64,000 nucleotides of DNA from a virus (lineage: Duplodnaviria > Caudoviricetes): the IMG/VR virus record IMGVR_UViG_3300028025_000089; one strand, written 5' to 3'. A program made the translations under genes and the position numbers. The notes below the pieces were generated by a model that saw only the letters and a list, made by a program, of their open reading frames with translations, was not told the DNA's origin and made no database searches. This document shows, piece after piece, positions 52,812-62,841 of this stretch (position 1 is its first letter; each line of letters opens with the position of its first letter).

Positions 52812-54623
52812 ATGGAAAATAATAATCAAAATCTGACGGTTTGGCAAAGGTTATCCAAGACATTTGGGCCCGATTCAACATTAGGTCAAGGACAACCAGA
52901 TTACAAGTTAGATAAAAAAGAACTTTTAAAAACTCAAGACAAGGCCGAATACGAAAGAGCCAAGTTACAAAATCAACAATCGTTATATCTTAGCACCAAT
53001 TGGGCTAAAGTTGAGAATAATCTATATACACAGGCGGTTTATTATGAACCAACAAGATTGGCCGCGTTTTATGATTATGAATCTATGGAATATACTCCTG
53101 AGATCTCAACGGCTTTGGACATCTACGCTGAGGAATCAACAACTCCTGATGCCAATGGTTATATATTACAGGTTTATTCAGAGTCAAAAAGAATTAAAAG
53201 TATATTAGTTGATTTATTTGTTAATGTATTAGATATTAATACCAACTTACCAATGTGGATTAGAAACATGTGTAAGTATGGTGATAATTTTGTTTATTTA
53301 AAATTAGACCACGAAAAAGGAGTTACTGGTTGTTTACAACTACCAAATATTGAAATTGAAAGACTTGAAAGGGGTGTTGATTCTAAAACTTATAGTGCGA
53401 CTATCAACATCAATAGAAAAGCTTTAAAGTTTGCATGGAAAGCAAGAGATGCAGAATTCAACACTTGGGAGGTTGCACACTTTAGATTATTGGGTGATGA
53501 TAGAAAACTTCCTTATGGAACCTCAATGTTAGAAAAAGCTCGTCGTATTTGGAAACAATTAGTTTTGGCTGAAGATGCGATGTTAATCTATAGAACATCA
53601 AGAGCCCCTGAAAGAAGGGTATTTAAAGTATTTGTTGGAAACATGGATGACAAAGATGTTGAAGCTTACGTTCAAAGGGTTGCCAACAAATTCAAAAGAG
53701 ATCAAGTTGTTGATAGAAAAACAGGAAATGTTGATTTAAGATTTAATCAAATGGCCGTGGATCAAGATTACTTTATTCCTGTTCGTGATGCCACACAGGG
53801 TAGTCCTATTGATACTTTACCTGGTGGAACAAATTTATCTGAAATTGCGGATATTGAATATATCCAAAAGAAACTTGTTACAGCACTTCGTATTCCTAAA
53901 GCATATTTAGGATTTGAAGAACCTGTAGGTGATGGTAAAAACTTGTCATTATTAGATATTCGTTTTGCAAGAACAATCAATAGAATTCAAAAATCAGCAT
54001 TGGCTGAGTTAAATAAAATTGCAATTATTCACTTATTTTTGATGGGGTTTGAAGACGAGTTGTCAAACTTTACTTTACAACTTACAAATCCTTCTAAACA
54101 AGCAGATCTTTTAATGATTGATGTTTGGAAAGAAAAAGTTACTCTGTATAAAGATATGGTTGGTGAAATTGCCAAATCAATTCAACCAACATCTGCAACA
54201 TGGGCTAAAAAACATATCTTTGGGTTCTCTGATGATGAAATCAAATTGGAACTTCAACAAATTAGAATGGAAAGAGCGGTTTCTGCTGAGTTAGATAATA
54301 CTGCAACAATCATTACAAGCACAGGAATATTTAACACCGTAGATAAGTTATATAAACCTGTTACAGGATCTACCGCAGGTGCAGGGGCACCTCCAGCAGA
54401 AGGAGGATCACCGGCAGAAGGAGGAGCACCACCTCCACCTCCAGGACCTGAAGCGGGTGGAGCACCACCAATTCCTGAATCTTCAGATAGAAAAGAAAAA
54501 AATAAATTAATATTAGAATCATTAAATGATGATTTTGACGAAGATGAATTTTTGGACTTTCAAAAAGTTAATGGATCTTTAGGGTTAATGGAAGATGAGT
54601 TAAATAAACTTCTTGGTGACTAA
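52812..54623 (+). CDS. gp20: Portal protein (T4 gp20-like)
   Basis: YRTSRAPERRVFK.FVGN..DYFIP..IDTLPGG..DIEYIQKKL..LRIP. Confidence 0.93.
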   Translation: MENNNQNLTVWQRLSKTFGPDSTLGQGQPDYKLDKKELLKTQDKAEYERAKLQNQQSLYLSTNWAKVENNLYTQAVYYEPTRLAAFYDYESMEYTPEISTALDIYAEESTTPDANGYILQVYSESKRIKSILVDLFVNVLDINTNLPMWIRNMCKYGDNFVYLKLDHEKGVTGCLQLPNIEIERLERGVDSKTYSATININRKALKFAWKARDAEFNTWEVAHFRLLGDDRKLPYGTSMLEKARRIWKQLVLAEDAMLIYRTSRAPERRVFKVFVGNMDDKDVEAYVQRVANKFKRDQVVDRKTGNVDLRFNQMAVDQDYFIPVRDATQGSPIDTLPGGTNLSEIADIEYIQKKLVTALRIPKAYLGFEEPVGDGKNLSLLDIRFARTINRIQKSALAELNKIAIIHLFLMGFEDELSNFTLQLTNPSKQADLLMIDVWKEKVTLYKDMVGEIAKSIQPTSATWAKKHIFGFSDDEIKLELQQIRMERAVSAELDNTATIITSTGIFNTVDKLYKPVTGSTAGAGAPPAEGGSPAEGGAPPPPPGPEAGGAPPIPESSDRKEKNKLILESLNDDFDEDEFLDFQKVNGSLGLMEDELNKLLGD

Positions 54624-54634
54624 TATTTATTAAC

Positions 54635-55081
54635 ATGAGTAAATTAGAAAAACTACCACAAAAAAATTTAAAGTTTATTCTAAAAAGAATGAATGAAAGT
54701 CTCGATAAGACAAGTTTGATTTCACATCATAACCAAAAAGTTATAAAAGAAATTTTTGATGATATTGGAATGGTGGTTAGAGGTCAAGATATTGATTTTA
54801 TTTTCGCTCTTTATAGAGAAAATCCAAATTTTTTAATAGAAGAACTTAAATTACCAACATTACACGAATACGAAATTATCACAAAAAGATATGCTACTAT
54901 TAGTATTAGAGAATATTGGAAAAATACTCATGAAACTTATTTAGATGACGAGGATGATGTTGATGATTTTATCTCTTGGTTTGGTGGTGGCGATTGGTGG
55001 GATGGTGAAATGATTGACCGAGAAGAATTTGATGAAGAAACTGCTGAAACGGAAATAGATGAAATAAACAAACTTAGTTGA
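54635..55081 (+). CDS. Acidic hypothetical protein, paralog of 10959..11435
   Basis: See paralog motifs. Confidence 0.8.
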   Translation: MSKLEKLPQKNLKFILKRMNESLDKTSLISHHNQKVIKEIFDDIGMVVRGQDIDFIFALYRENPNFLIEELKLPTLHEYEIITKRYATISIREYWKNTHETYLDDEDDVDDFISWFGGGDWWDGEMIDREEFDEETAETEIDEINKLS

Positions 55082-55103
55082 TATTTATTATAAAACAAAA
55101 AAA

Positions 55104-55820
55104 ATGAAAGTCGGAGAATTAAAATCAAAAATAGAAAATCAACTAGTTGAGTCATACAAAAAAAATTCATTTAAAGAAAATATTTTTATTTTTGAAGAAT
55201 TGGTTTTGAAAAATAAAAACATTGCAAAACTTTTTTTCTTATATGATGAGTTGTCAAATAAAAAAGGACTTTCAGAAAATGTTGCAAACGAATTCATAAA
55301 TGAGTCAATCGTGGCTTATGAAAATTTGATCAACAAAGTTAACCCACTACACTTAAGAGAATTAAATGCTTGGGCTGGTCATCAGAAATGTGAAAATAAT
55401 TATGAAAAAATTGATAATTTATTTTCCACAAGTGTTTTGACTCTTGAAAATAAAATTAAAAGTAAAAAAATGATTTTAGAGGAATTAACTCAAAAAGAAA
55501 ATAAAACTAATGAGGTAATAAAAGTTCCATTAAAATCTATGGTTTCTGTGGCAAACAAAACCATATCTAAATTTATTTCTTCTCTAACAGAATCTGAAAG
55601 AAAAGAATTAAAAGTAATTTTAAATACCCCAAAAGAAACTTTGGTTGAAAACTATAACTCTCAAAAAGAAAACGTTATTTCAAAATTGGAAGATCAAAAA
55701 AATAACGAAACCGATTCTGAAACAATTTCAACTATAAATCAAGTGTTAACAAGATTGCAAACAGAATCATTTTCAGAACTGAATTACTATAAGTTAAAAC
55801 AACTTAACGAAGGACTTTAA
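55104..55820 (+). CDS. Helical hypothetical protein in the head module
   Basis: ORF track; late-type promoter. Confidence 0.85.
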   Translation: MKVGELKSKIENQLVESYKKNSFKENIFIFEELVLKNKNIAKLFFLYDELSNKKGLSENVANEFINESIVAYENLINKVNPLHLRELNAWAGHQKCENNYEKIDNLFSTSVLTLENKIKSKKMILEELTQKENKTNEVIKVPLKSMVSVANKTISKFISSLTESERKELKVILNTPKETLVENYNSQKENVISKLEDQKNNETDSETISTINQVLTRLQTESFSELNYYKLKQLNEGL

Positions 55821-56005
55821 TTCTTTTTGGATTTTACTTTTTGAATATAGGCGGCCTTTTTGTTTTCCTCCCTTTTTATTACTGAAGGTTTAACAAATTC
55901 TTTTCTCTGAAACAAAACACTATTTTGCTTTGTTTTAATAACTTTTCCTTTAAGGTCTTTTAAAGCCTTTTCAATATTACCTTTTTTTACTTCTACAATT
56001 AACAT
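55817..56005 (-). CDS. rpsU: Ribosomal protein bS21
   Basis: V.VKKGNIEKALK.LK.K..EFVKPS..RE. Confidence 0.85.
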   Translation of the reverse strand: MLIVEVKKGNIEKALKDLKGKVIKTKQNSVLFQRKEFVKPSVIKREENKKAAYIQKVKSKKN

Positions 56006-56087
56006 AAGTTTTTTTAGTTTGTTGATATAAATATAATAATTTATTACAATTGTTTAAAAATAAACATTTCGAGTATGAAAAAAATCT

Positions 56088-56555
56088 ATGAAAAAAGGAA
56101 AAACTATCAAATTAAGTGGTTACAGAACGTTCAAATCACACTATGGAACAATTGATTCCACTAATCTAAAATCAATTTTTATAAACATCCAAAGTTGGGT
56201 TGAGCCAAAAGAAGAAGTTGAAAATTGGAATCGAGTTGTTTTAAATATGACAAGATCAATAAAACACACAATTTTAGAAAACATAAACAAAGAAGTTTTT
56301 GACACAAAATTTATCGTAGATTTAGACTTAAGAACAAGTGGAATACAACTTCAAAAAAAATCTTTCATGAATTTAGAAATAAATTTATTTGTTTTAGAAC
56401 CGATGGATTTTAAATCACCAAAATTAAAAAAATACGTCAAGTCCCTAATTAAAGAAGTATATGGTGACGTAATGAATAAAAACAAATACTTCAAATTCTA
56501 CCTTACAAAAAAAGGAAATATCAAACCCATCAAAAAAGAAATCGAAACTAATTAG
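56088..56555 (+). CDS. Hypothetical protein
   Basis: ORF track. Confidence 0.8.
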   Translation: MKKGKTIKLSGYRTFKSHYGTIDSTNLKSIFINIQSWVEPKEEVENWNRVVLNMTRSIKHTILENINKEVFDTKFIVDLDLRTSGIQLQKKSFMNLEINLFVLEPMDFKSPKLKKYVKSLIKEVYGDVMNKNKYFKFYLTKKGNIKPIKKEIETN

Positions 56556-56576
56556 TATTTATAAAGAAAATATTAA

Positions 56577-57305
56577 ATGGACAATTTAAAAATATTAGGA
56601 CCAAGAGATTCAGGTCGTGGAATTCTTGTTGAGTATGATGCGGGTTATATCGATCCGAATGAAAGAAGAAACTTATCTATGATAAGGGAGAATCGTGATA
56701 TGTTAGATCACTCAAAACCTTTTGAGTTTTATGCCGTATTACAAAAATATAACACCCCAAATAGAAACGGAAGAATCTACCCTGAAAAGATTTTAAAAAG
56801 AGAAGCCGAGAATTATAAAAAGATGATTCAAAAAGGAACTGCTCTTTCAGAACTAAACCACCCTGAGTCTTCTCTAATAGACTTAGATCGAGTTTCCCAT
56901 ATGATTACTGATATATGGTGGGAAGGTCCTGTATTGTTAGGTAAATTGAAATTACTAACAAGTCCTGGGTTTCATGAAAGGGGTGTTGTTTCTACTAAAG
57001 GTGATTTAGCTGCAAACTATCTTCGTCAGGGAGTTACTTTAGGTATTTCTTCTCGTGGTGTAGGATCTCTTAAAAAAGTTGGTGAGCAAAACGAAGTTCA
57101 AGATGATTTTGAATTAATTTGTTTTGACCTTGTATCTTCACCATCTACACCAGGAGCATATCTTTTTAAAGAACCAAATGAAAGATTAAACTTTGAAGAA
57201 AATCTTGATGAGGAGAAAAAAATGAATGCTGAACGACATGTTGGTGAATCTGGTTCTAAATCACTTGACTTAATGAAAAGATTATCCGATTATTTGGATA
57301 AATAA
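56577..57305 (+). CDS. gp21: Prohead core protease (T4 gp21-like)
   Basis: NRNGRIYP, SELNHP, GISSRGVGS, FDLVSSPSTPGA. Confidence 0.93.
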   Translation: MDNLKILGPRDSGRGILVEYDAGYIDPNERRNLSMIRENRDMLDHSKPFEFYAVLQKYNTPNRNGRIYPEKILKREAENYKKMIQKGTALSELNHPESSLIDLDRVSHMITDIWWEGPVLLGKLKLLTSPGFHERGVVSTKGDLAANYLRQGVTLGISSRGVGSLKKVGEQNEVQDDFELICFDLVSSPSTPGAYLFKEPNERLNFEENLDEEKKMNAERHVGESGSKSLDLMKRLSDYLDK

Positions 57306-57312
57306 CAAAATT

Positions 57313-57525
57313 ATGGATGAGAAGTATTTTATAGCAAGAATCACAACTGATATGGTTGATGAGAACACAGGAAAAGTGAAAAAAATGAAAGAAGAGAAAT
57401 TGGTTAAAGGTTATTCACCTACCGATGTTGAGGCGAAAGTAACAAAAGTTTACGAAAATTATTCTATGGATTGGAGAATTACAGCAATCGTTGAATCTAA
57501 AATCGATGAAGTAATCGAAGGATAA
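57313..57525 (+). CDS. Small hypothetical protein
   Basis: ORF track. Confidence 0.8.
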   Translation: MDEKYFIARITTDMVDENTGKVKKMKEEKLVKGYSPTDVEAKVTKVYENYSMDWRITAIVESKIDEVIEG

Positions 57526-57546
57526 AACTTCTAAGAATAAAATTTT

Positions 57547-57581
57547 AAAAGGGGAAAGACAATAGTTTTTCCCTTTTTTTT
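57547..57581 (+). terminator. Intrinsic terminator
   Basis: AAAAGGGGAAA/TTTTCCCTTTT. Confidence 0.8.
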
Positions 57582-57654
57582 GTGCCATAATATCTAAAAA
57601 ATGAATTTTTTTGATTTGTTGTGATATTTATTAGAAAAATATTTTATAAAAAGT

Positions 57655-59202
57655 ATGGCAAATAACAAAAATGTAGTAGAAGATGCTCTTTTTCAAATTA
57701 GAAATTTGGAAGAAACTCTACAAGAAAATGCAAAAGGAATACTTCAGTCTACAATGACAGAAGAAATCAGACAATTAGTAAAAGAATCTCTGAAAGAACA
57801 AGAAGATGAGGTTGAGAATGATGAAGTCGATGTTGACGATCAAGACATGATGGATGATGATGAAGTGGCTATGGATGATGATGAAATGGCTATGGATGAT
57901 GATGAAATGATGGACGATGATGAAGTGGCTATGGATGATGACGAAATGGCTATGGATGATGACGAAACAATCGACATGACTGGTGCTTCAGATGAAGAAG
58001 TTTTAAAAGTATTTAAAGCGATGGGTGATGAAGATGGAATTATCGTTAAAAAAGAGGGAGGAAATATCCACCTTCAAGACGGTGATAATGACTACATGAT
58101 CCAATTAGGTGAATCTGAAGAACAATACGAAAATATGTATGAAGTCGAAATGGACGAAGAAGAAGATGAATTCGTTGGTTTAGAAGATGAAATTTCTGAA
58201 TTCAATTGGGGTGGTGCCGCAATGGGTGCTATCAAAGGTGGTTTTGGTCTTGACGAAGAAGAAACTGTCTACGAAATTGAATTAGATGACATGGGTGACA
58301 TGATGGGAATGGAATCTAAAAAAGGTGATTTTTATGAAGAATTTGATTCTATGGAAGAAGGTATGGACATGTATACTGATTCTATGGAAGAAGGTATGGA
58401 CATGTATACTGATTCTATGGAAGAAGGTATGGACATGTATACTGATTCTTTAGAAGAAGACCTTTATGAATCAATTAAAAAATCAAAGAAAGCAAAAGGT
58501 GTTGGAATGGGTAAAGGTCCTAAATTTAGTTACGATAAAAAACCTAACATGAGTGGAGGATTCAATGAAAAAAGAAAAGAAGCTTTTGGAAAAGGAACTA
58601 AAGCAATGGGAACAGGTAAAGCTAAATTCGAATACAAAGAAGGTGAAAACATGAAAGGAGATATGACTAAAGTTAAGAAAGCTGAAACAAAAGAAGCTTC
58701 AAGAACTTTAGGTAATGGATCTAAAGATGGAAGTAGAGGTCTAAGAAAGGCGAGAACAAACAATAGAAATATGAGTTTTAACCCTTTCAAACTTCACGAA
58801 ACTGAATCTAATGGAGAAATAAACTTATTAAGAGAAAAAAATGAAGAATACAGAAAGGCTCTTGATGTGTTTAGAACAAAATTAAATGAAGTAGCAGTTT
58901 TTAATTCCAATTTAGCATACGCAACTCGTTTATTCACTGAACATTCGACAACAAAACAAGAAAAAATAAATATTCTTAAAAGATTTGATAATGTTGAGTC
59001 TTTAAAAGAATCAAAAAATCTATACAGAACAATTAAAAGTGAATTGAATTCAGGTTCTGCATCAGAAACTAAACTTAATGAGTCAATTGAAAGAACTGTA
59101 AATAGAACTGTTGAAACAGGTTCATCAGTTAATTTGATTGAATCAAAAACTTATGAAAATCCTCAATTCTTAAGAATGAAGGATTTGATGAGTAAAATAT
59201 AA
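57655..59202 (+). CDS. Prohead scaffolding/core protein (gp22-like)
   Basis: Acidic coiled-coil between protease and MCP. Confidence 0.75.
   Translation: MANNKNVVEDALFQIRNLEETLQENAKGILQSTMTEEIRQLVKESLKEQEDEVENDEVDVDDQDMMDDDEVAMDDDEMAMDDDEMMDDDEVAMDDDEMAMDDDETIDMTGASDEEVLKVFKAMGDEDGIIVKKEGGNIHLQDGDNDYMIQLGESEEQYENMYEVEMDEEEDEFVGLEDEISEFNWGGAAMGAIKGGFGLDEEETVYEIELDDMGDMMGMESKKGDFYEEFDSMEEGMDMYTDSMEEGMDMYTDSMEEGMDMYTDSLEEDLYESIKKSKKAKGVGMGKGPKFSYDKKPNMSGGFNEKRKEAFGKGTKAMGTGKAKFEYKEGENMKGDMTKVKKAETKEASRTLGNGSKDGSRGLRKARTNNRNMSFNPFKLHETESNGEINLLREKNEEYRKALDVFRTKLNEVAVFNSNLAYATRLFTEHSTTKQEKINILKRFDNVESLKESKNLYRTIKSELNSGSASETKLNESIERTVNRTVETGSSVNLIESKTYENPQFLRMKDLMSKI
57847..57966 (+). repeat. 60-nt unit x2 built of 18/21-nt subrepeats
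   Basis: Encodes (MMDDDEVAMDDDEMAMDDDE)x2. Confidence 0.9.
58345..58443 (+). repeat. 33-nt perfect tandem repeat x3
   Basis: GATTCTATGGAAGAAGGTATGGACATGTATACT (DSMEEGMDMYT). Confidence 0.95.
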
Positions 59203-59238
59203 ATAAACAATAAACATAAATAATAAAAACCAAAAAAA

Positions 59239-61140
59239 ATGGGAGCATTATTAGAATCAGGTCTTGTTGGTAACATCGGGTTAAAACACCTTAAAGTTAT
59301 TAAAGAAGACACAATTAACAAATGGGACAAATTAGGCTTTTTGGATGGTCTAAAAGGTCACTTAAAAGAAAACGTAGCACAGTTATATGAAAACCAAGCT
59401 TCTTTCTTGATCAACGAAGCAACTGCTGATGGAAGTTCTAACGGAGCATTCGAAACAGTTGTTTTTCCAATCGTAAGAAGAGTTTTCTCTAAATTGTTGG
59501 CTAACGACATCGTATCAGTACAAGCTATGAACTTACCAATCGGTAAATTGTTCTACTTTGTACCAAGAATCCAAGGTTATTCAAACGCAGGATCAATTGC
59601 GGATTTCCCGAATAACCCAACAGGTGGTGATCATTACGCACCTATCGGTTCTCCTGAAGCTGTTAATTCAGGAAATGATAATCCTAACCAAGGTTATCCA
59701 GGTGGACCAGGTTATCCTTACAGAAAAGATCTTTACGATTTATTCTATGAAGGAAATGAGGCAAGTTTAGATCCTCCAGGATTATTTGACTACTCTAAAG
59801 GTAGATGGACTGCAGTTACTGCAACTGCCGCAACACAATTATGGTCTGCAGGAACTTTAGTTGACGCTCAAATTCCAGCTGGTAACACAAGAAAAGTTAT
59901 TATCAAACTTTGTGGTTTTGCTAACGCAGGTAGTGGTAAACTTATTGGTCCTGATGGTAATGAAATGGATACTGAATCTTTCCTTTCAGATCTTAAAATC
60001 TACGGTGGAGCTGGATTATCGGCATCTACAACACCATGTGACGTTATTAAAAACGGAAATAATCAATACTTACCATTGTTATTTAGAGTTGTGACTCAAA
60101 TCTACGGTAAAGGTATCGTTCAACCTACAAGTTCAAACGCACAAACACAATTTACTAATAACGGAAACAACTATAACAGCCCTTCAAATCCTCCAACAGG
60201 AAATGGTGGTAGTTACAATGATATCTGTGATAATAATGGTTGTATCTATTTAGAAGTTGATTTATCTTGTCCTGTATGTGCTGATTGTGACTCAACATCA
60301 TTAGATGGTTACACAGGAACAACTATTTTCTCTGCATCTACAGGTGGTTCATTCACAGCATGGTATAGAAGATATGCTAACCTTGAGTTTGAAGATCAAA
60401 TTGGTGAGGTTTCTTTCGACTTAGAATCTGTAACAGTTTCTGTAACTGAAAGAAAACTAAGAGCACAATGGTCTCCTGAATTAGCTCAAGACGTTGCTGC
60501 ATTCCACAACATCGACGCTGAAGCTGAATTGACAGCATTGTTGTCAGAGCAAGTAGCGGCTGAGATCGACCGTGAAATTTTACGTGACTTACGTAAAGGT
60601 GCGGCTTGGAACTTACGTTGGGACTACAACGGATGGAGAAGAATTAACGCTACTACATCTTACACTCAAAAAGACTGGAACCAAACTTTGATTACAGCAA
60701 TCAACCAATTGTCAGCACAAATCCACAAATCTACATTGAGAGGTGGTGCTAACTGGATCGTTGTATCTTCTGAGGTTTCTGCAATCTTTGATGACTTAGA
60801 ATACTTCCACGTATCTAACGCGGCTCCTGAGCAAGATCAATACAACATGGGTATTGAAAGAGTTGGAACATTATCAGGTCGTTACCAAGTTTACCGTGAT
60901 CCTTACTTCCCACCAAACCAAGTTTTGATCGGACACAAAGGAACTTCATTGTTAGACACAGGTTACATTTACGCACCGTATGTTCCTCTACAATTAACAC
61001 CTACAATGTATAACCCATTCAACTTCACACCTATCAAAGGTATTATGACAAGATACGCTAAGAAAATGGTTAACAACCGTTTCTACGGACGTATCACAGT
61101 TGATGGAGTTAGAACATTCGACTTAAGAGAATTGAGATAA
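59239..61140 (+). CDS. gp23: Major capsid protein (T4 gp23-like)
   Basis: VSVQAMNLPIG.LFY, RKLRAQWSPELAQDV, LSEQVAAEIDREI, GYIYAPYVPL, FTP.KGIMTRY. Confidence 0.96.
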   Translation: MGALLESGLVGNIGLKHLKVIKEDTINKWDKLGFLDGLKGHLKENVAQLYENQASFLINEATADGSSNGAFETVVFPIVRRVFSKLLANDIVSVQAMNLPIGKLFYFVPRIQGYSNAGSIADFPNNPTGGDHYAPIGSPEAVNSGNDNPNQGYPGGPGYPYRKDLYDLFYEGNEASLDPPGLFDYSKGRWTAVTATAATQLWSAGTLVDAQIPAGNTRKVIIKLCGFANAGSGKLIGPDGNEMDTESFLSDLKIYGGAGLSASTTPCDVIKNGNNQYLPLLFRVVTQIYGKGIVQPTSSNAQTQFTNNGNNYNSPSNPPTGNGGSYNDICDNNGCIYLEVDLSCPVCADCDSTSLDGYTGTTIFSASTGGSFTAWYRRYANLEFEDQIGEVSFDLESVTVSVTERKLRAQWSPELAQDVAAFHNIDAEAELTALLSEQVAAEIDREILRDLRKGAAWNLRWDYNGWRRINATTSYTQKDWNQTLITAINQLSAQIHKSTLRGGANWIVVSSEVSAIFDDLEYFHVSNAAPEQDQYNMGIERVGTLSGRYQVYRDPYFPPNQVLIGHKGTSLLDTGYIYAPYVPLQLTPTMYNPFNFTPIKGIMTRYAKKMVNNRFYGRITVDGVRTFDLRELR

Positions 61141-61162
61141 TCAATATCTTAAAAATAACATT

Positions 61163-61190
61163 AAAGGGACAAGAAATTGTCCCTTTTTTT
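61163..61190. terminator. Terminator after MCP
   Basis: AAAGGGACAA/TTGTCCCTTT. Confidence 0.9.
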
Positions 61191-61392
61191 ATTTTAATAA
61201 AGTTCTAATTGCTTTTGAGATAACTTCTGATTCACCGATTGTAAAAGATCCTTTTCTATGGGCAGACTTCACAGATTCAACTAAATAATAGAGTGCGTGT
61301 TCATTATCCATAGTGGATAATATAAGTTCTAAATGTTCTTCAGATAATAAATCTATCGTCCCAAAAAGATTTCCGTATTTTTCTTGTTCCAT
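61189..61392 (-). CDS. Small hypothetical protein
   Basis: ORF track. Confidence 0.75.
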   Translation of the reverse strand: MEQEKYGNLFGTIDLLSEEHLELILSTMDNEHALYYLVESVKSAHRKGSFTIGESEVISKAIRTLLK

Positions 61393-61426
61393 AACTCAAA
61401 TATAAGATATTTATAATTATAATCAA

Positions 61427-62371
61427 ATGAATAAGTTAGATCAAATAATTAAAAAGGTCATTAAAGAGGCTACTGGTGATAGTAGTGGTAGTAGAGGAAG
61501 TTACGCACCACCGATGCAACCTGGTCTTAGATATTGGGAAGATTCATCTTTAGGTCCTTTTACTGATGCGGTGTCAGACTTTAAAAGTCCTTTAGTTCAG
61601 TATGATAGTTATGATGAAAAATTCGATCTTAGAAGAAACCAAATTATTAAATTAGAAAAAAAAGCGGCCAAAATACAAGATTTTATCAAACATCACCCAT
61701 ATTCAACATTTTCAGATGATGATGGTAATCCTGTAAATCCATACATGCAAGACGGGTTTAATCCAAATGTAAAAGAAAAATTGTCACCATTTACGGAAAA
61801 AGTTCCTTTTAATGAATGGATAGAGTTGTCCGATGATAATTTATTAAATGAGACTAGCACTACAGTTACCGCAGGTCCATACAATGCACCTTTAGAAATT
61901 GGTATTTATAAATGGAAAAATGAGTTAGACCCTTTTACCGATTCTGTCGATTCATTTTATAATAGAACAATTAAAAAAAACACTCTTAAAAATAATATAA
62001 AAAGAACGGTTGGTGTTTGGGAAAAAGATAATAATGGATCATATAAAAGAGATATAGATTATCCTGACACAATTAATGAAGATTTAGCCGTGTGGTTTGG
62101 GACAAAGAAGAAACCTAAAGGATCTTCTCAACCAAAAGGACCGTGGGTAAACATTTGTCGTAAAGTCGACGGAAAACACCCCCCTTGTGGTAGAACGGAT
62201 ACAAGTAAAGGGGCTTACCCAAAATGTCGAGCGGCTGGTGTGGCATCTAAAATGAGTGATTCTCAAAAAAGATCTGCTTGTCAACAAAAAAGAAGAGCTG
62301 AAAAGAGAGATACTCAAACAGGTAAAGGTCAAAAACCTGTCATGACAAGTTATAAACCAAGAAAAAAATAA
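61427..62371 (+). CDS. Leader-variant protein (MNKLDQIIKKVIKE-A) with basic Cys-containing C-terminal domain
   Basis: WFG..GPWVNI..GKHPPCGR..AYPKC. Confidence 0.8.
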   Translation: MNKLDQIIKKVIKEATGDSSGSRGSYAPPMQPGLRYWEDSSLGPFTDAVSDFKSPLVQYDSYDEKFDLRRNQIIKLEKKAAKIQDFIKHHPYSTFSDDDGNPVNPYMQDGFNPNVKEKLSPFTEKVPFNEWIELSDDNLLNETSTTVTAGPYNAPLEIGIYKWKNELDPFTDSVDSFYNRTIKKNTLKNNIKRTVGVWEKDNNGSYKRDIDYPDTINEDLAVWFGTKKKPKGSSQPKGPWVNICRKVDGKHPPCGRTDTSKGAYPKCRAAGVASKMSDSQKRSACQQKRRAEKRDTQTGKGQKPVMTSYKPRKK

Positions 62372-62376
62372 TTATT

Positions 62377-62841
62377 ATGAATATAAATAGATTTAAACAA
62401 CTTTTAGAATCAAATATGGGTAGTGTAAAACCACTATTAGTTGAACAAGTAAAAACAGGTAGTGCTTTAGGACCTATTAATTGCTATAAATTAGTTGACA
62501 TTAGAAAAATGAGTGAAGGAACTCCATCAATTGAAATAGGGTCCTCAGTTGTGAATAACATTACACAAGAAGAACCTGGACTTTGGAGTGTTGTGGTTGA
62601 AGTTCAAAATCCATCTATGATTCCTGACAGTCCTGTAGGTGAAGTTCAAACAGAATATGAATTAGATATTGTTCCTTTATCAAGATTTTTTAAAAGTCAA
62701 TTAAACGCTGAAAATCCTGTAGATTCTAAACAAATGATTGTGTTAACTTATGATTCTACAGGACAAAAACATTTTTGTAAGGCTAAAGACCCAAACGATC
62801 AAGCAAATATAGTTGCCGTAAATCCTGCTAGTGGAGGATAG
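62377..62841 (+). CDS. Hypothetical protein (MNINRFKQLLES leader type)
   Basis: ORF track. Confidence 0.8.
   Translation: MNINRFKQLLESNMGSVKPLLVEQVKTGSALGPINCYKLVDIRKMSEGTPSIEIGSSVVNNITQEEPGLWSVVVEVQNPSMIPDSPVGEVQTEYELDIVPLSRFFKSQLNAENPVDSKQMIVLTYDSTGQKHFCKAKDPNDQANIVAVNPASGG

Noticed and set aside
50607-61140. Introns or inteins in terL, portal or MCP
   Set aside because: Frames are continuous, lengths plausible and no intein motifs seen
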